Counted from the stretch's first letter, positions 1-10,997 are shown. The stretch: 42,630 nt of DNA from an uncultured Nitrososphaerales archaeon (GCA_963709405.1 CAVPXM010000044.1:1-42630), one strand, 5' to 3'. Notes: generated by a model not told the origin, from the letters alone. A program made the numbers and translations.

Positions 1-198
1 AGATCTAATGTGTTAACTAATGATCACTGTATTAATTAATACATCTGTTAAATATATCCTAAACAAATTTGACACTTGCCTCTCTTGCAGTCTTTTTCTT
101 GAGTCTCAACGTGATCTAAGATAACAGTGTGAAGTACTAAGCATTAATCTAGTTCAAATGCAAAAATGCAAATTACTAACAACAAGAAAGAACAGCAT

Positions 199-645
199 AT
201 GGACATGATCAAAAGAGAAGAATATGAATACACACCCAAACAAGGATTTGTCCTCACACATTTCCAGACAGTGCAGGATGTAAGACGATCAGCAGAGTTT
301 TATCTCCGAGTTTTCGGAGGCAAGGTTATCCGTAGTGGTGAACCCACCATCATCCAAATTGCCAATAGCTGGCTAGTATTAAATGTAGGTGGGGGCCCAA
401 CTGACGACAAGCCAACTATAACTCTCCGTACACCTCAGAACGAAAACGCAGCCAGCAGCTTTATGATTATTCGTGTAGCGGACATCTGGGCCTGTTACAA
501 TGAATGGCAAAGCAGAGGAGCTGAATTCATTACAGAACCAAAAGACCATGGTGTTGAGATTCGGTGCTATATGCATGACCCGGACGGATATATCATCGAG
601 GTCGGACAAACAACGGGAGGATTAAAAGATATCAAAGTTGGATAA
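199..645 (+). CDS. VOC/glyoxalase family protein
   Basis: VxDVxRSxxFYxxVFG and DPDGYIIEV motifs. Start probably 199 rather than 166. Confidence 0.85.
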   Translation: MDMIKREEYEYTPKQGFVLTHFQTVQDVRRSAEFYLRVFGGKVIRSGEPTIIQIANSWLVLNVGGGPTDDKPTITLRTPQNENAASSFMIIRVADIWACYNEWQSRGAEFITEPKDHGVEIRCYMHDPDGYIIEVGQTTGGLKDIKVG

Positions 646-1171
646 AGATAGAAGGACTGATAATCTACCACTATTTTATCTAACCGTAAACAACTGTCTG
701 TAATACTACATGCTTAGCGGACAATATTGCTGTCGTGAATTCGAAAAGGCGGTTGATTAAAATGATATTAGATATTATAAAGTAGAAGACGACTGATTTA
801 ACGCAGTTAAAAAGGACGATAAGTATTGTTTGGTTTAACTAATGGTGGTAGTGTGTCTTTTATATATTTAACATTGGTAACATTGATATCTTATTTTAGA
901 TAGTCTGTATACAGTAAATACATTGAATTTACGAATGCGGGATCATACAAAATATCTATACTAACGTAGTGAATATCTCTCAGATGACTAAAACGTTCCG
1001 ATTCAATAAGGGTCGTATTACAAAGTCGACACTTGTAAAGCCTCTCGAATTTATCATATCGCATTCCCATTAAAAATATACTGCAATTCTCATAATTATT
1101 CCATTGTATTCTTATTCTTATTACAATTATAACAGAACTCTACAAGTCCTATATCGTCACCGCAGAATCCA

Positions 1172-1217
1172 CACTACATTTGTACAATTGCCACTACATT
1201 TGTACAATTGCCACTAC
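1172..1217. repeat. 20-bp tandem repeat (CACTACATTTGTACAATTGC x2.3)
   Basis: Read directly. Confidence 0.85.
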
Positions 1218-1618
1218 TTTATCCAATAATTCGATTATCTCGCAAAATAGACTAACATTTTCAGTTGTGATAGGCCGAACGAACCTAATAACGAAGCTTA
1301 TCAGTTCAAGTTCGTCATGGTTAAAAATTCTGCCGGTTTAGAATATTCGTTATCTCTGCTTTTATAGCACCAATTTGTTCCACTATGTTCTTTGTATCCG
1401 TATTATTCGTTACGTTTTTCTCCAAAACATCTACCAATGTTAATATGTTTTCAGCTGCGTCAGTGATTCGTTATTCATTGTTTGTTATTTATCTTGCCCG
1501 TGTTAATAGAGTTTAATGCCTAGAACGATATTGGATATCTAACACCTATACACCATGAGGGCCAAGTTCAGTTGGAAAAAGAAAGGAGTAAAGGAATCTA
1601 AAATGTGAACCTGACTAT

Positions 1619-1940
1619 TCACTTTCCTTTTGTTCCATTGAGAATGAAGTTTGCGATTTCGGATGGATGTGATACATACGATGCGTGACTAGCATTCAAC
1701 GATAGCGTAGTTGCATTCATTTTTTCAGCGAATGTATGCTGGACATCTGGAGGAATCATATGATCGGACTCGGAGATTTGATACCAAGTTGTTAATTCCT
1801 TCCATGCAGGAGGTCCAGATTTCGCAACGAAGTTAGATTGATTGAAGGGCTTTTGTGCAACCGCCATAATGTTGGCCTCAGCAGGATCAACGTCTTGAGC
1901 AAAATTCTCTCTGAATATTGTTGGGTTCAAGTAGTTGTTC
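1619..1940 (-). pseudogene. C-terminal fragment of an alpha/beta hydrolase
   Basis: FAQDV..AVAQKP..PAWK..DHMIPP..ASHASYVSHP. The N-terminal half with the nucleophile elbow is replaced by unrelated repeat sequence. Confidence 0.8.
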
Positions 1941-1950
1941 GTCTGCTGGG

Positions 1951-1991
1951 AGACTATCGATAAATGACACTGATGACAATGATGACACAGA
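1951..1991. repeat. 3x 9-bp TGACA-NN-GA block, near-identical to 33884-33924
   Basis: AGACTATCGATAAA TGACACTGA TGACAATGA TGACACAGA vs AGACTATCAATAAA TGACACGGA TGACATTGA TGACAGTGA. Confidence 0.85.
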
Positions 1992-2008
1992 AGAGACCAC
2001 CATAAGGT

Positions 2009-2100
2009 ATTTGGCGCGCCCCTTGTGATAGACACAAAGACTTCTAACATCATTGTCTATGTATACCGCGGGTTATTCTATACATTTAGTGTTTTAATTT
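2009..2100 (-). repeat. GGCGCGCC-core dispersed element, copy F
   Basis: TTGGCGCGCC...CATTGTCTATGTATACCGCGG...CTATACATTTA shared with 19778-19898. Confidence 0.8.
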
Positions 2101-2494
2101 CAACGAATATGAGAGTAGTTTTCCGCCTATGGTTTAGCCAATATATTGTAACAAGTACGTATTTTCTATCAGTAACTTCTCTAGACTAATTAAAGGTAGG
2201 TGAATTTCTGAGAAGCAGCAGCCCAAGAATCCACTACCCTGTTAAGCGCAATTCCTTGAACAGCCTGAAGAATGGCAAATGTGTTCGCTGTTAGAGACTG
2301 AAATAAGAAATCCGAAAAATTGTGTTAATCCAGAATTCATATATACACAGTTTCTGTCTAGCTTTACAAAATTTATTATATTCACTTGATCTGAAATCAT
2401 ATGATTGATTTCAGTCTCAGAACGTTGAATGCCTTTAAAATAGATATGTATGTTAATGACATCCTCTATGATATGCAACAAACAAAGATCATAC

Positions 2495-3046
2495 ATGACC
2501 TCATCTGAATCAGCAATCTATATCTCTATAGATATAGAATGTTCAGGATTTATTCCTGCAGAATATAGTATGTTGAGCTTAGGAGCTTGTGTTGTAGGAA
2601 ATGAGGACGACGAAAGTTGTACTTTCTATATCGAGATGCAACCTATTTCAGATAATTATGTAAAAGAAGCTTTAGAGATTGCAGGGTTTTCAATGCAAGA
2701 TCTCAAGGTGAAAGGTATACCACCGAAAGAAGCTATGGAGAAGTTTGCGGATTGGATTGCAAAAGTATCAGATGACAAAAAGCCAGTATTTGTTGCATCA
2801 CCTATAGCTTTCGATTGGTGCTTTGTCAATTATTATTTTCACAAATTCTTAGGTTGGAATCCATTTGGTGTATCTGGAATTGATCTAAAGTCGGTATGGC
2901 TAGGCAAAACTAATAGCAAATGGCATACGCTTGCGATGGAAGATATTAAGACAAGACTAGGCTTGGATCATATAGCTCATACACACAATGCATTAGAAGA
3001 TGCTAAAGAACAATCAATAATTTTCAGGAAGATGATGGAGCATTAA
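2495..3046 (+). CDS. DEDDh 3'-5' exonuclease (DnaQ-like)
   Basis: ExoI IDIE, ExoII FDW, ExoIII HNALEDA. Confidence 0.88.
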   Translation: MTSSESAIYISIDIECSGFIPAEYSMLSLGACVVGNEDDESCTFYIEMQPISDNYVKEALEIAGFSMQDLKVKGIPPKEAMEKFADWIAKVSDDKKPVFVASPIAFDWCFVNYYFHKFLGWNPFGVSGIDLKSVWLGKTNSKWHTLAMEDIKTRLGLDHIAHTHNALEDAKEQSIIFRKMMEH

Positions 3047-3291
3047 TTATTACAATTGATGCTAAGACCTATTTTATTTTTGGTAGATTGAAATGAATCA
3101 ATCATTTTCTTTCTCTGAAAACTATTCTAATTCTGCCTTTAATAGTTCAACCAAATGGTTTATTGCAATTGGCTTTTTGATAAAAGAGCCTACAAACCGC
3201 TGTTTTTATCTTTGTTAATTTTTATCTTCTGATACTGCGGTCTTGTCCAGATGAAAGCGACGCGCCCCCATCGCTGTCACTGTCATCACCT

Positions 3292-3540
3292 ATTCCTGAT
3301 CATGAATCTTGGATTGTAACGATGTGGCATTTCGGTCATGATTCCCCTAATGAATATACTGGCGAGAAATTTGAAGTAGCATGGGAAGATGGACAAAACG
3401 CCTTGTTTCGGATATACACTAAAGATCTGAATGGAGAGACTAGAATTCGAAGGGAACGTCAGGAATATCCTAATAAAAGATTTGATGAAGCAATAAGTGA
3501 GAAACTTGCTGTCACGAAAGAAATGCGAGCCAATTGCTAA
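3292..3540 (+). pseudogene. C-terminal fragment of a thaumarchaeal mobile-element protein (putative Rep-like)
   Basis: IPDHESWIVTMWHFGHD...LFRIYTK...RRERQEYP. No credible start. Motif order matches the 33580-33930 fragment. Confidence 0.5.
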
Positions 3541-3542
3541 AA

Positions 3543-3785
3543 ATGCCTAGACAACTTGTTACCCGTGAAGAGCTAGGCAGATCGATAGCCAAAACAAGTG
3601 GCGCTATTTCGATGATCAATGAATCAAATTATAGGGTAAGATCAAAATCTGGCTATCATACCTACAAGATCATTGCAGCCCAATCCAGATGGGTTTGTTC
3701 ATGTCCAGACTATACTTGTCGCGATGTCAAGTGCAAGCACATATATGCAGTCGAATTTTATCGCCGTCAAAAGGCAACATTTTAG
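3543..3785 (+). CDS. SWIM zinc-finger protein, possibly a truncated transposase N-terminus
   Basis: CSCPD..CKH SWIM motif preceded by YRVRSxSG. Confidence 0.75.
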   Translation: MPRQLVTREELGRSIAKTSGAISMINESNYRVRSKSGYHTYKIIAAQSRWVCSCPDYTCRDVKCKHIYAVEFYRRQKATF

Positions 3786-3946
3786 CTCACTATGAACTAT
3801 GGAGCAACAGTCGTAATTACTATTTTTATTATTACTAATGAATAATATCAGATTCTCGGGGGGCGCCTGCTCATGTTCTCAGATGAATCAGATTTCAGCT
3901 CATGTAGAAGAGGGGCCAGGAGACCTGCGAATTTACTTGATCCTTA

Positions 3947-4400
3947 CTACTTACCATAGTCCCAAGTGGAGTAATACTTTGGGTTAATTTCTATGACAAC
4001 TGATTGGCCTTTCTTCTGCAAATCTAAAAGTGCCTTAGCCATTGGATGTTCTAAATTTCAAGTACTTGACCATTATCTTCTCTGCGATAGGAATATTAAA
4101 GTTCACATCTTCATGTATTTTCACAGTTCCCTTACCACGTGTCCCCTTATACGGAGGATTCGGATCATCGATACAAAAGTAAACATTCTCCTTCTTTCTA
4201 AGATTGTACGTTTTCTTCGCCTGCTTCGATGTTTCCATGTATATCTTGTTAGTAGGAAGATCGTAATAGTACCATGCAGGATGAATATTAGCATCGCCCT
4301 TCTCATCCACTGCTCCAAGGTGTACATTTAGTTTACCGGCCGTCAAAAAATCCTTCGTCTCTTGTTCATTTAAAGGCCGACCAAATCTGTACGGCTTAGA
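3947..4400 (-). pseudogene. Pyridoxamine 5'-phosphate oxidase-like protein, frameshifted
   Basis: FGRPLNEQETKDFL..HPAWY..KKTYNLRK..VYFCIDD. After a frameshift at ~4058 it continues NLEHPMAK...STWDYGK*. Confidence 0.8.
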
Positions 4401-4481
4401 GCGTCCTTGATTCTGCAGGAATCCATATTAGTCATGGTGCACCCAATCTAAGACCATACTAAAAGCTTATTACTTCTTGAA

Positions 4482-5582
4482 TCATGCTGTGCTACTGTAA
4501 ACCTGATACATTCTCCCTGTTTTTTCGTTTAGATAACTCCAAATATTAGGACTGACATCCAATTCTTCAAAAGTCGACTTTTGTTTTTCGTCCAATATAT
4601 CATATGCTGCTTGGCCTATGGTAAAACCATTAGGTTTTGCCAGACTTGTCATTTTTACTGCTACATTAATTGTATGTCCTAAAATATCATAAAGTGGTTC
4701 TTTAAATATTATTTGCTTTCCTTCTCCTTCTTTCTCTACTGTATGTATATCCCATCCATCTTGTATTATTGCAACTTCTCCGATGTCTATTCCTGTACGC
4801 ACACCTATATCCGAGTAGTCAAACTGATTGAGAATTGGATTAATACCTTCCTTGACTACCTTGATCATAGATCTTGCGCAATTAATTGCATTTATGCATG
4901 GTAAATAGTAGTACTCTGATCGTTTGTTCTCTTTATGATTTTGAGAACTACTATCATTGTCAACATCTTCTTCCTCGACATTATTATTATAGTCATTTTT
5001 AGCTAGATTTGTCACAAAAAATGCTAAAACTGCATCGCCTATATACTTTAAGACATGTCCACCATACAATTCTATTATAATAGACATTTCTTGACAAAAT
5101 GTTTGAATTATAGTTGTAAGCCTATCAAGTGGCAGCGTCATTGATAATTGAGTAGAACCAACAATATCAATATGTAGGATTACAAAAGTAACCTTAAATT
5201 TAGAAAATTGATTTAATATTTTTTCTGTTCCTTCGGTAGAGATATTGAACTCTGGACCCGATCTTAATGCCTTCCACATTCTGGTTTGCGCATTTCTGAT
5301 AGCCAAATCAATGTTAACTACTGCATCTAGATAAAACGAACTACCCATAGAAGGAGAAGCATCTAATATTTTCTGTTTCATTTCCAATTCTTTCTTTTCT
5401 TCTTCTTCTTCTTTTATGACTCTGTTAACTTCTTCTTGGCCAATATCTAATTGGTAGGCTATAACATCAGGTTCAATACCTGAATTGTACAAATTTAGTA
5501 CTATCTGTCGTTGTTCCTTAAGTATAGAAGGACTAGTAGAATCGATATTGTTATTGTTATTGTCTCCTTCCTGTTTTGTCAT
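4482..5582 (-). CDS. Class III adenylate/guanylate cyclase with N-terminal HTH-like region
   Basis: IDIVGST, KYIGDA, RTGIDIG, DILGHTINVAVK. Confidence 0.9.
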   Translation of the reverse strand: MTKQEGDNNNNNIDSTSPSILKEQRQIVLNLYNSGIEPDVIAYQLDIGQEEVNRVIKEEEEEKKELEMKQKILDASPSMGSSFYLDAVVNIDLAIRNAQTRMWKALRSGPEFNISTEGTEKILNQFSKFKVTFVILHIDIVGSTQLSMTLPLDRLTTIIQTFCQEMSIIIELYGGHVLKYIGDAVLAFFVTNLAKNDYNNNVEEEDVDNDSSSQNHKENKRSEYYYLPCINAINCARSMIKVVKEGINPILNQFDYSDIGVRTGIDIGEVAIIQDGWDIHTVEKEGEGKQIIFKEPLYDILGHTINVAVKMTSLAKPNGFTIGQAAYDILDEKQKSTFEELDVSPNIWSYLNEKTGRMYQVYSSTA

Positions 5583-6119
5583 TAGCTAGTTTCAATCTCT
5601 TCTTCAAATATTCTTAGCATAGTGTATAACTTTTTGTGTATGCTATGTAAAGTAAAAACTTCCCTAGTAATATTGAACGTCTTCCAATATCAGAGATATC
5701 TAGAGCCATCCGTATTTTTATCCGTTTCCATCACCATTTCTGATGAGAGCATAACCCTAGCTTTTTTTAATTTTAACTTTCTGTCTATCCTATTTTTTTA
5801 TATTTCAGATTATGATAAAGTATGATACCAACAGACACTGAAGATATGATGAGACTCTACAAATATTACAGACATTGGATACATGGATAAGGATTGCTGC
5901 CAGACTTTGTTTAGCCCATGTAGGATGCCTTACAAATAGTAGGCACGTATACGGTGTTCTGGATCCGGCGTTAGTCCACAAACTTAACTTGGATTAGCAA
6001 AAACATAATGATGAAATGAAGGTCGAGGTAGCGTTAGTATATATTATTCTCCTCGTTAGCAATTTCTCTTCTTAGGATTTTGCTAATATCATCATAGTTT
6101 GTACTATATTTCCTTGGAG

Positions 6120-6198
6120 TTCCGGATTTACAAGTCCTGCTACTGCCGCGCGCATCTCTACTACATCTATACCAGTCTTGAATTCTACCACTAAATAA
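6120..6198 (+). pseudogene. Duplicated 3' end of the secreted hydrolase gene at 13672-14916
   Basis: Encodes SGFTSPATAARISTTSIPVLNSTTK* vs SGFTSPAAAARISTTSMPVLNSTTK*. Confidence 0.9.
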
Positions 6199-6234
6199 CT
6201 CATGTTATTACGATGGTGACGATGATGATTGAGG

Positions 6235-6369
6235 GGCGCGCCAGGACCTCAAATTCGACTAAGATCTGATGGATCGAAAAACTACTTTCAAACGCCAGTA
6301 GATGATTACAGGAAATTTGTAGTGTGGCGTATCCTCGCTCCTTATCTTATTAACATTCGAAAAAATTCG
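6235..6369 (+). pseudogene. PriX-like primase C-terminal domain fragment (part 1)
   Basis: I*WIEKLL/QTPVDDYRKFVVWRILAPYLINIRKNS with a stop and a frameshift. Aligns with 11305-11438. Confidence 0.8.
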
Positions 6370-6636
6370 ATTCGTTCGTTTAGGATTTCTTGGAGGATTA
6401 ATAGGATTAGCTCTGGGCGCATACATATGATAATAATAGTCTCACAAAGATTAAAAATACTAATATTAAGTACCATCTGAATATGGCTAATACTAATGTC
6501 TTATTATAAGTATCAAGTGAGCCACACGAGGATATAAGTGCATCACGGAAATAAGGTAAGACATGAAGGAATACATATCTGATCTTAGAACCATGTCGCA
6601 GAAATCATCAGCAACCTCACTTGGAGTTGAATTTGA

Positions 6637-6909
6637 TTGAGTACAATCTTACTATCACATAACAAGAAGAAGAAAGAACAACAGCTGATGTTGATACTAA
6701 TGTTTGTAGGAGTTGCAGCAATCGCAGTTCTCATTCCGCTGATTAGTGTTGTAGGATTTCCTACTATGAATGCTAAACCCTTATCCCAATCCAGTTCAGG
6801 TGATATATGTAAGGATAATGCATTAAGGTATGAACAACTAGGCTACTATAAAGGCGGAGCAGCACAATTCAATGCAGTTATGGCTACCTGTGCTGTTGGT
6901 AGTAGCTAA
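6637..6909 (+). CDS. Small secreted/membrane hypothetical protein
   Basis: Hydrophobic N-terminal segment and two Cys. Confidence 0.55.
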   Translation: MSTILLSHNKKKKEQQLMLILMFVGVAAIAVLIPLISVVGFPTMNAKPLSQSSSGDICKDNALRYEQLGYYKGGAAQFNAVMATCAVGSS

Positions 6910-6925
6910 TGATAACCCATAGGAA

Positions 6926-7624
6926 ATGGGTGTTCCATATTTGATTTTACTTTTTACCTTAGTTGTATTTGTGATGATGATATTTGTGTTAATAGTAATA
7001 GTGACCGGAGCAGCACTATATGCCCAAGCAATATCGGGTACTACTACTACCCCTACTCCTCATGTAACTATAGCTTTTGTAGGTAATACTTCACCCATAG
7101 CCGGTATAGATCATGTATCAGTTGCAGGTATCGCTACCTATAATGCAGCGACTAGTAGTAAGAATATTGAACAGAAAATATTAACCGTATCCTGGGATGA
7201 TGGAACTACTAGCCAGTCCAAAATAACTAGAATTCCTTCATCTAGTGAGGGTAAATGGGGCCCTTTATATCATAAGTATGATTCCCCAACTGCAGTTTCC
7301 CATCCTCATGAGATAGTTTCCACAATGCAGATACCATCATATTCATCCTCCAATAAGGGATTTGTACAAATAAAGAGTGAACCATATCTTGTCAATGTCC
7401 AGAAAGACCCAATAAAAACATCTTCAATGGATTCACTAAGAAGCAGTACCTCTGTTGTATCTAAAAATGATGGGCTATCACTTAACCTCATTTCACATTC
7501 GGTTAACGTCATAGCTTTGACTATAATTGGATCGGTTACTGCATGCAGTATATATATGGCCAGACACAGAAGCAGCAATCAAAATATGGCATCCACCATA
7601 GATGCCTATAGAGATAAGAAATAA
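6926..7624 (+). CDS. Membrane-anchored protein with Ig/PKD-like beta domain
   Basis: Signal/TM N-terminus, VSWDDGT..WGPLYHKY, C-terminal TM. Confidence 0.65.
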   Translation: MGVPYLILLFTLVVFVMMIFVLIVIVTGAALYAQAISGTTTTPTPHVTIAFVGNTSPIAGIDHVSVAGIATYNAATSSKNIEQKILTVSWDDGTTSQSKITRIPSSSEGKWGPLYHKYDSPTAVSHPHEIVSTMQIPSYSSSNKGFVQIKSEPYLVNVQKDPIKTSSMDSLRSSTSVVSKNDGLSLNLISHSVNVIALTIIGSVTACSIYMARHRSSNQNMASTIDAYRDKK

Positions 7625-8068
7625 AATCACCCAGAATCATTATGTCTAAACATGTACTATTGATAGATAAATCCTTAGAAATAATTATCAAAACCTGCTG
7701 TTTCGGTTTATGGGAAAGAAGTTAGATTCTGATCCTAACGAGGTAGGATTTATCTTATATCAGTGTTGTCTAACATAATTTCTAGCAAGTACAAAGTGTT
7801 CAGCCATACAATAAAGCATATACCATCAACTCCTAATAGCACAATAGACGCGGGCTATTTCGTAGTACCAAATTATATGAATGAGAGTATGGGATATATA
7901 ACCGCTAAAGTCAAATACGAGTGGGTCCAGCATATGGCCTAAATGGAACTACATGGCGCATGGATATGAATGTCCTGGTATACCCAGAGGTAATTACAGT
8001 TAGGGCATGTATCCAAGACTGTCATTTTAAACTAAACACAGATGAATTCAATGACTGTTATAGAAGAA

Positions 8069-8100
8069 TCTGCTCTGTTGAAAGACATGTAAAAGTCGCC
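8069..8100 (+). repeat. 32-bp direct repeat shared with 30293-30324
   Basis: TCTGCT(C/T)TGTTGAAAGACATGTAAAAGTCGCC. Confidence 0.85.
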
Positions 8101-8269
8101 GTAGCTGGATAGCATATGGTGGTTGTTATGACAGAAATGACAATGTAGGTGAATACTGTGACAAATATCATGAAGAGGAAGAGCAGAATGGTGATGGATG
8201 GTCATGCAAAGAGACTCTGTGCTAACTATGATGCTGTCGTAACAAAGGGCGAACACTGTGACAATAGCT

Positions 8270-8497
8270 GCTGATGAGGCTTTCAATACGATAAAGGATT
8301 GGCTTGATAGATGTAGTTCATTAAGACGATTAGGCTTTAATCCAAATTACACGATCAAATATAATATTAATACTGCAAAGAGGAATGGTTATCTACCGAT
8401 AAGTTTAGAGAAGTTAAAGACAGAAAACACATATTTGCATAACATGCTGACATCAAGCCAATCTAGACTAGGCAATATTGTTCATTTTGTTCTATGA
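8270..8497 (+). pseudogene. PriX-like primase C-terminal domain fragment (part 2)
   Basis: ADEAFNTIKDWLDRC..FNPNYTIKYNINTAKRNGYLPISLEKLKTEN aligns with 11439-11630. Confidence 0.8.
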
Positions 8498-8623
8498 ATT
8501 ATGATAATTTATAGTATCATATCGCAGAAGTTTGAATTACTATATTAATTCTTAATGTAAGTGGAGGAGATGTAATCTGGAAGTTATGTCGACTATCAAT
8601 TTTATCGAATAATAATATTTGAC

Positions 8624-9708
8624 CTAATCGTCGTCTCCTCCCTCTTTAAACTCTACACTAGCTGGTAAATCATCGAAATTAACTCCAAATTCCTTATAGA
8701 CCTTCCAAGGATGATATTCAAAAGTGTTATAATAACTAGGATCAAATGCAATCGAGGAATACTTTTTTGTATCATGAATTATCATCATATCTCTTAAGAT
8801 AGAGGTATAGGTTACATAATCTTTGTTTCTCGAAACCTTTGCATACCTTTCTTTAAAATCTGTTGGCTTAATCTCATCTAATTGGCTTATTTTCTCTATT
8901 CCCATCGCGTTCAACTCCTGCAATACAGCCTTGCTTACTGCGAAATAGGGTGTAATACCTGGAATATCGTGAAAATCCTTCAAATATGCTCTCAGTGACC
9001 GAGGACTAATTTCTAAGCCATCTATCATTCCCTTCCGGATCTTCTCAGTTATTGTCATATCATACCTTTTTACATCTCTTGATAATGCATCAAAGTCTTG
9101 ATCAGCAAGTTCCAACAGACCAGACAGTAAATTAAACCTTCTTTGGATACTAGTACCTAGTGGAAATTGTGGGCAGTTTTATATACTCTATCATGCTCAA
9201 TTTCCATCCATGTGAAATCAAGCAGTGTGGCTACCTGAATCTCAAAATGTATGTCTTTAAATAATTGATATTTTTGCAATTTTACAAAATAATCCTCACC
9301 GAGTTTGACAACATAATTTGACGACCTATATCCCATTAGGTTTTTTCCTAATCTATCTGATGGTTTTACTGTTCTCTCGTCATCGACATCGAAGTACCGC
9401 TCGACTACATTGCAAAGTATTTTGGCATCAGAGATAAGAAAGGCTACAATTCTTATTCCAGCCAGATCAGTTATTTGGTTTGGTCCCAAATATTTTCGAT
9501 TGCCTTTCTCATCCTCTTTATAGATCTTTTGAAGAAAATTACGACGGCATTTTAATCTAGAGGTTAATAAGACATAATCAGTACCTCTCACTAAGCCCTC
9601 CTCATCAAAAATCGTTTTCAACGATTTCTCTACAAATTTTCTCAAATCGTCATAAATTTGACAATTTTCATCATACCATATTTCATACTCATTAATACTC
9701 ATCCTCAC
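8624..9708 (-). pseudogene. RelA/SpoT-domain nucleotidyltransferase, single frameshift at ~9165
   Basis: SRLK, DLAGIRIV, GYRS, EIQV.T..W.EIEH..YK. The other frame continues PLGTSIQRRFNLLSGLLELADQDF into ORF 8624-9115. Confidence 0.85.
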
Positions 9709-9889
9709 GTGTGTTACATCTAGGTAAATTAGAAATTATTGTATGTGCGAGCTTACCCTTAGTTTATTCGATAAAACCAAAAAACTCATTTTTAATATTT
9801 TTAAATTATGCTGCTTTATATGTGATAGGAATCTGTATTCCACCAAACCAGACTATTTTCTGACGTCCTATCCAATTCATAATAATTAC

Positions 9890-10038
9890 ATCGGAAAAAG
9901 TCTTTTCGAATAAGATGTGCAGCATCATAGATTATAAACATTCTCTAAAATGAGACATCTAATGTATGGAATGACGCCTTGGTACGATGACAAGAGTTTA
10001 TACATATCTATCATTAGGCGCGCCAAGTGCCGCATATT
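9890..10038 (+). repeat. GGCGCGCC-core dispersed element, copy A
   Basis: Near-identical inverted copy at 15115-15263. Confidence 0.92.
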
Positions 10039-10465
10039 AAGGAGTTTATGCAGTAACCAGTTTGCTAAACCTAGGATGTATAATAAGGTAACACCTGATT
10101 TCGCTTAAGGGGACTCCGAGTTATTCGTTCTGCATCGCTATTTTCTGGGACACACATATATCCGAAGAAATACCTCCTTTAATACCAAAGTTTGAAACTA
10201 GTCCAGAACATGCTAACAAAATTCTGAAAAATGAGTGAATGACTGAATTAACACGTCAGACTTTTACTGTAGTTATCTTTGCTCCTTTAGTTACGTTAGG
10301 TTTGGGAATCTTAGGTTTCTTGTAAGTTGCAACATCTTTCGATTTCGATTGTGTCTATTATGAGGCGGGCGGCCCTGACGTATCTATGCATTATTATCTT
10401 CCCCTTATCTTATTCAATTCCCGTGCTGAATAGTTATATACATATGTTATCCCTATATTTTATAC

Positions 10466-10823
10466 ATGAATTCAAAGGCTCTGATTCATAGCATACTAGC
10501 GGTATCAACGATCAGCATTATACTAGTAACAATGGTGTCAGTAGGACAAAGAGTAGATGCTGCATCAGCAGTAACAACAACAAAAAGTGCTGCCTACAAC
10601 AATAACCCCAAATACAAACGACATAAATTGTCAATCTAAGAAGGGAACTGCAAACACTGAAACAGCTCTAGGTACATTAAAGTTTGCAGGTGGAAAATGT
10701 ACAGGCGAAAATGGTGGAACTGTAGCAGCAGGCGGAGTCAAATCTAATTCAGGAGTTATAGGAATACACGGTATTAATGGTCCAAACGGCAATTCTCATA
10801 TCGGGGGATTTATCAAAAGGTAG
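10466..10823 (+). pseudogene. Secreted Gly/Thr-rich protein, frameshifted
   Basis: Signal-like MNSKALIHSILAVSTISIILV at 10466 is out of frame with ORF 10587-10823. Confidence 0.55.
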
Positions 10824-10997
10824 ATAAGTACATACTCTGTTTTCTGCGTAGCAATAATTGTGTGCACCTGTTCTTATAATTTACTGTAAGAACACTGTGT
10901 TCATTTTTATTTGTGTGAATAGTGCATAAATTCAGAAATTATTCACTCTTGAACATGTGACAAGTCCTACTGCTTCCTCTCCTTCATTGTCTATAGG

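Noticed and set aside
7860-8112. ORF 7921-8112 as a gene or a further Rep-like fragment
   Set aside because: Resemblance is too weak to call without a search.
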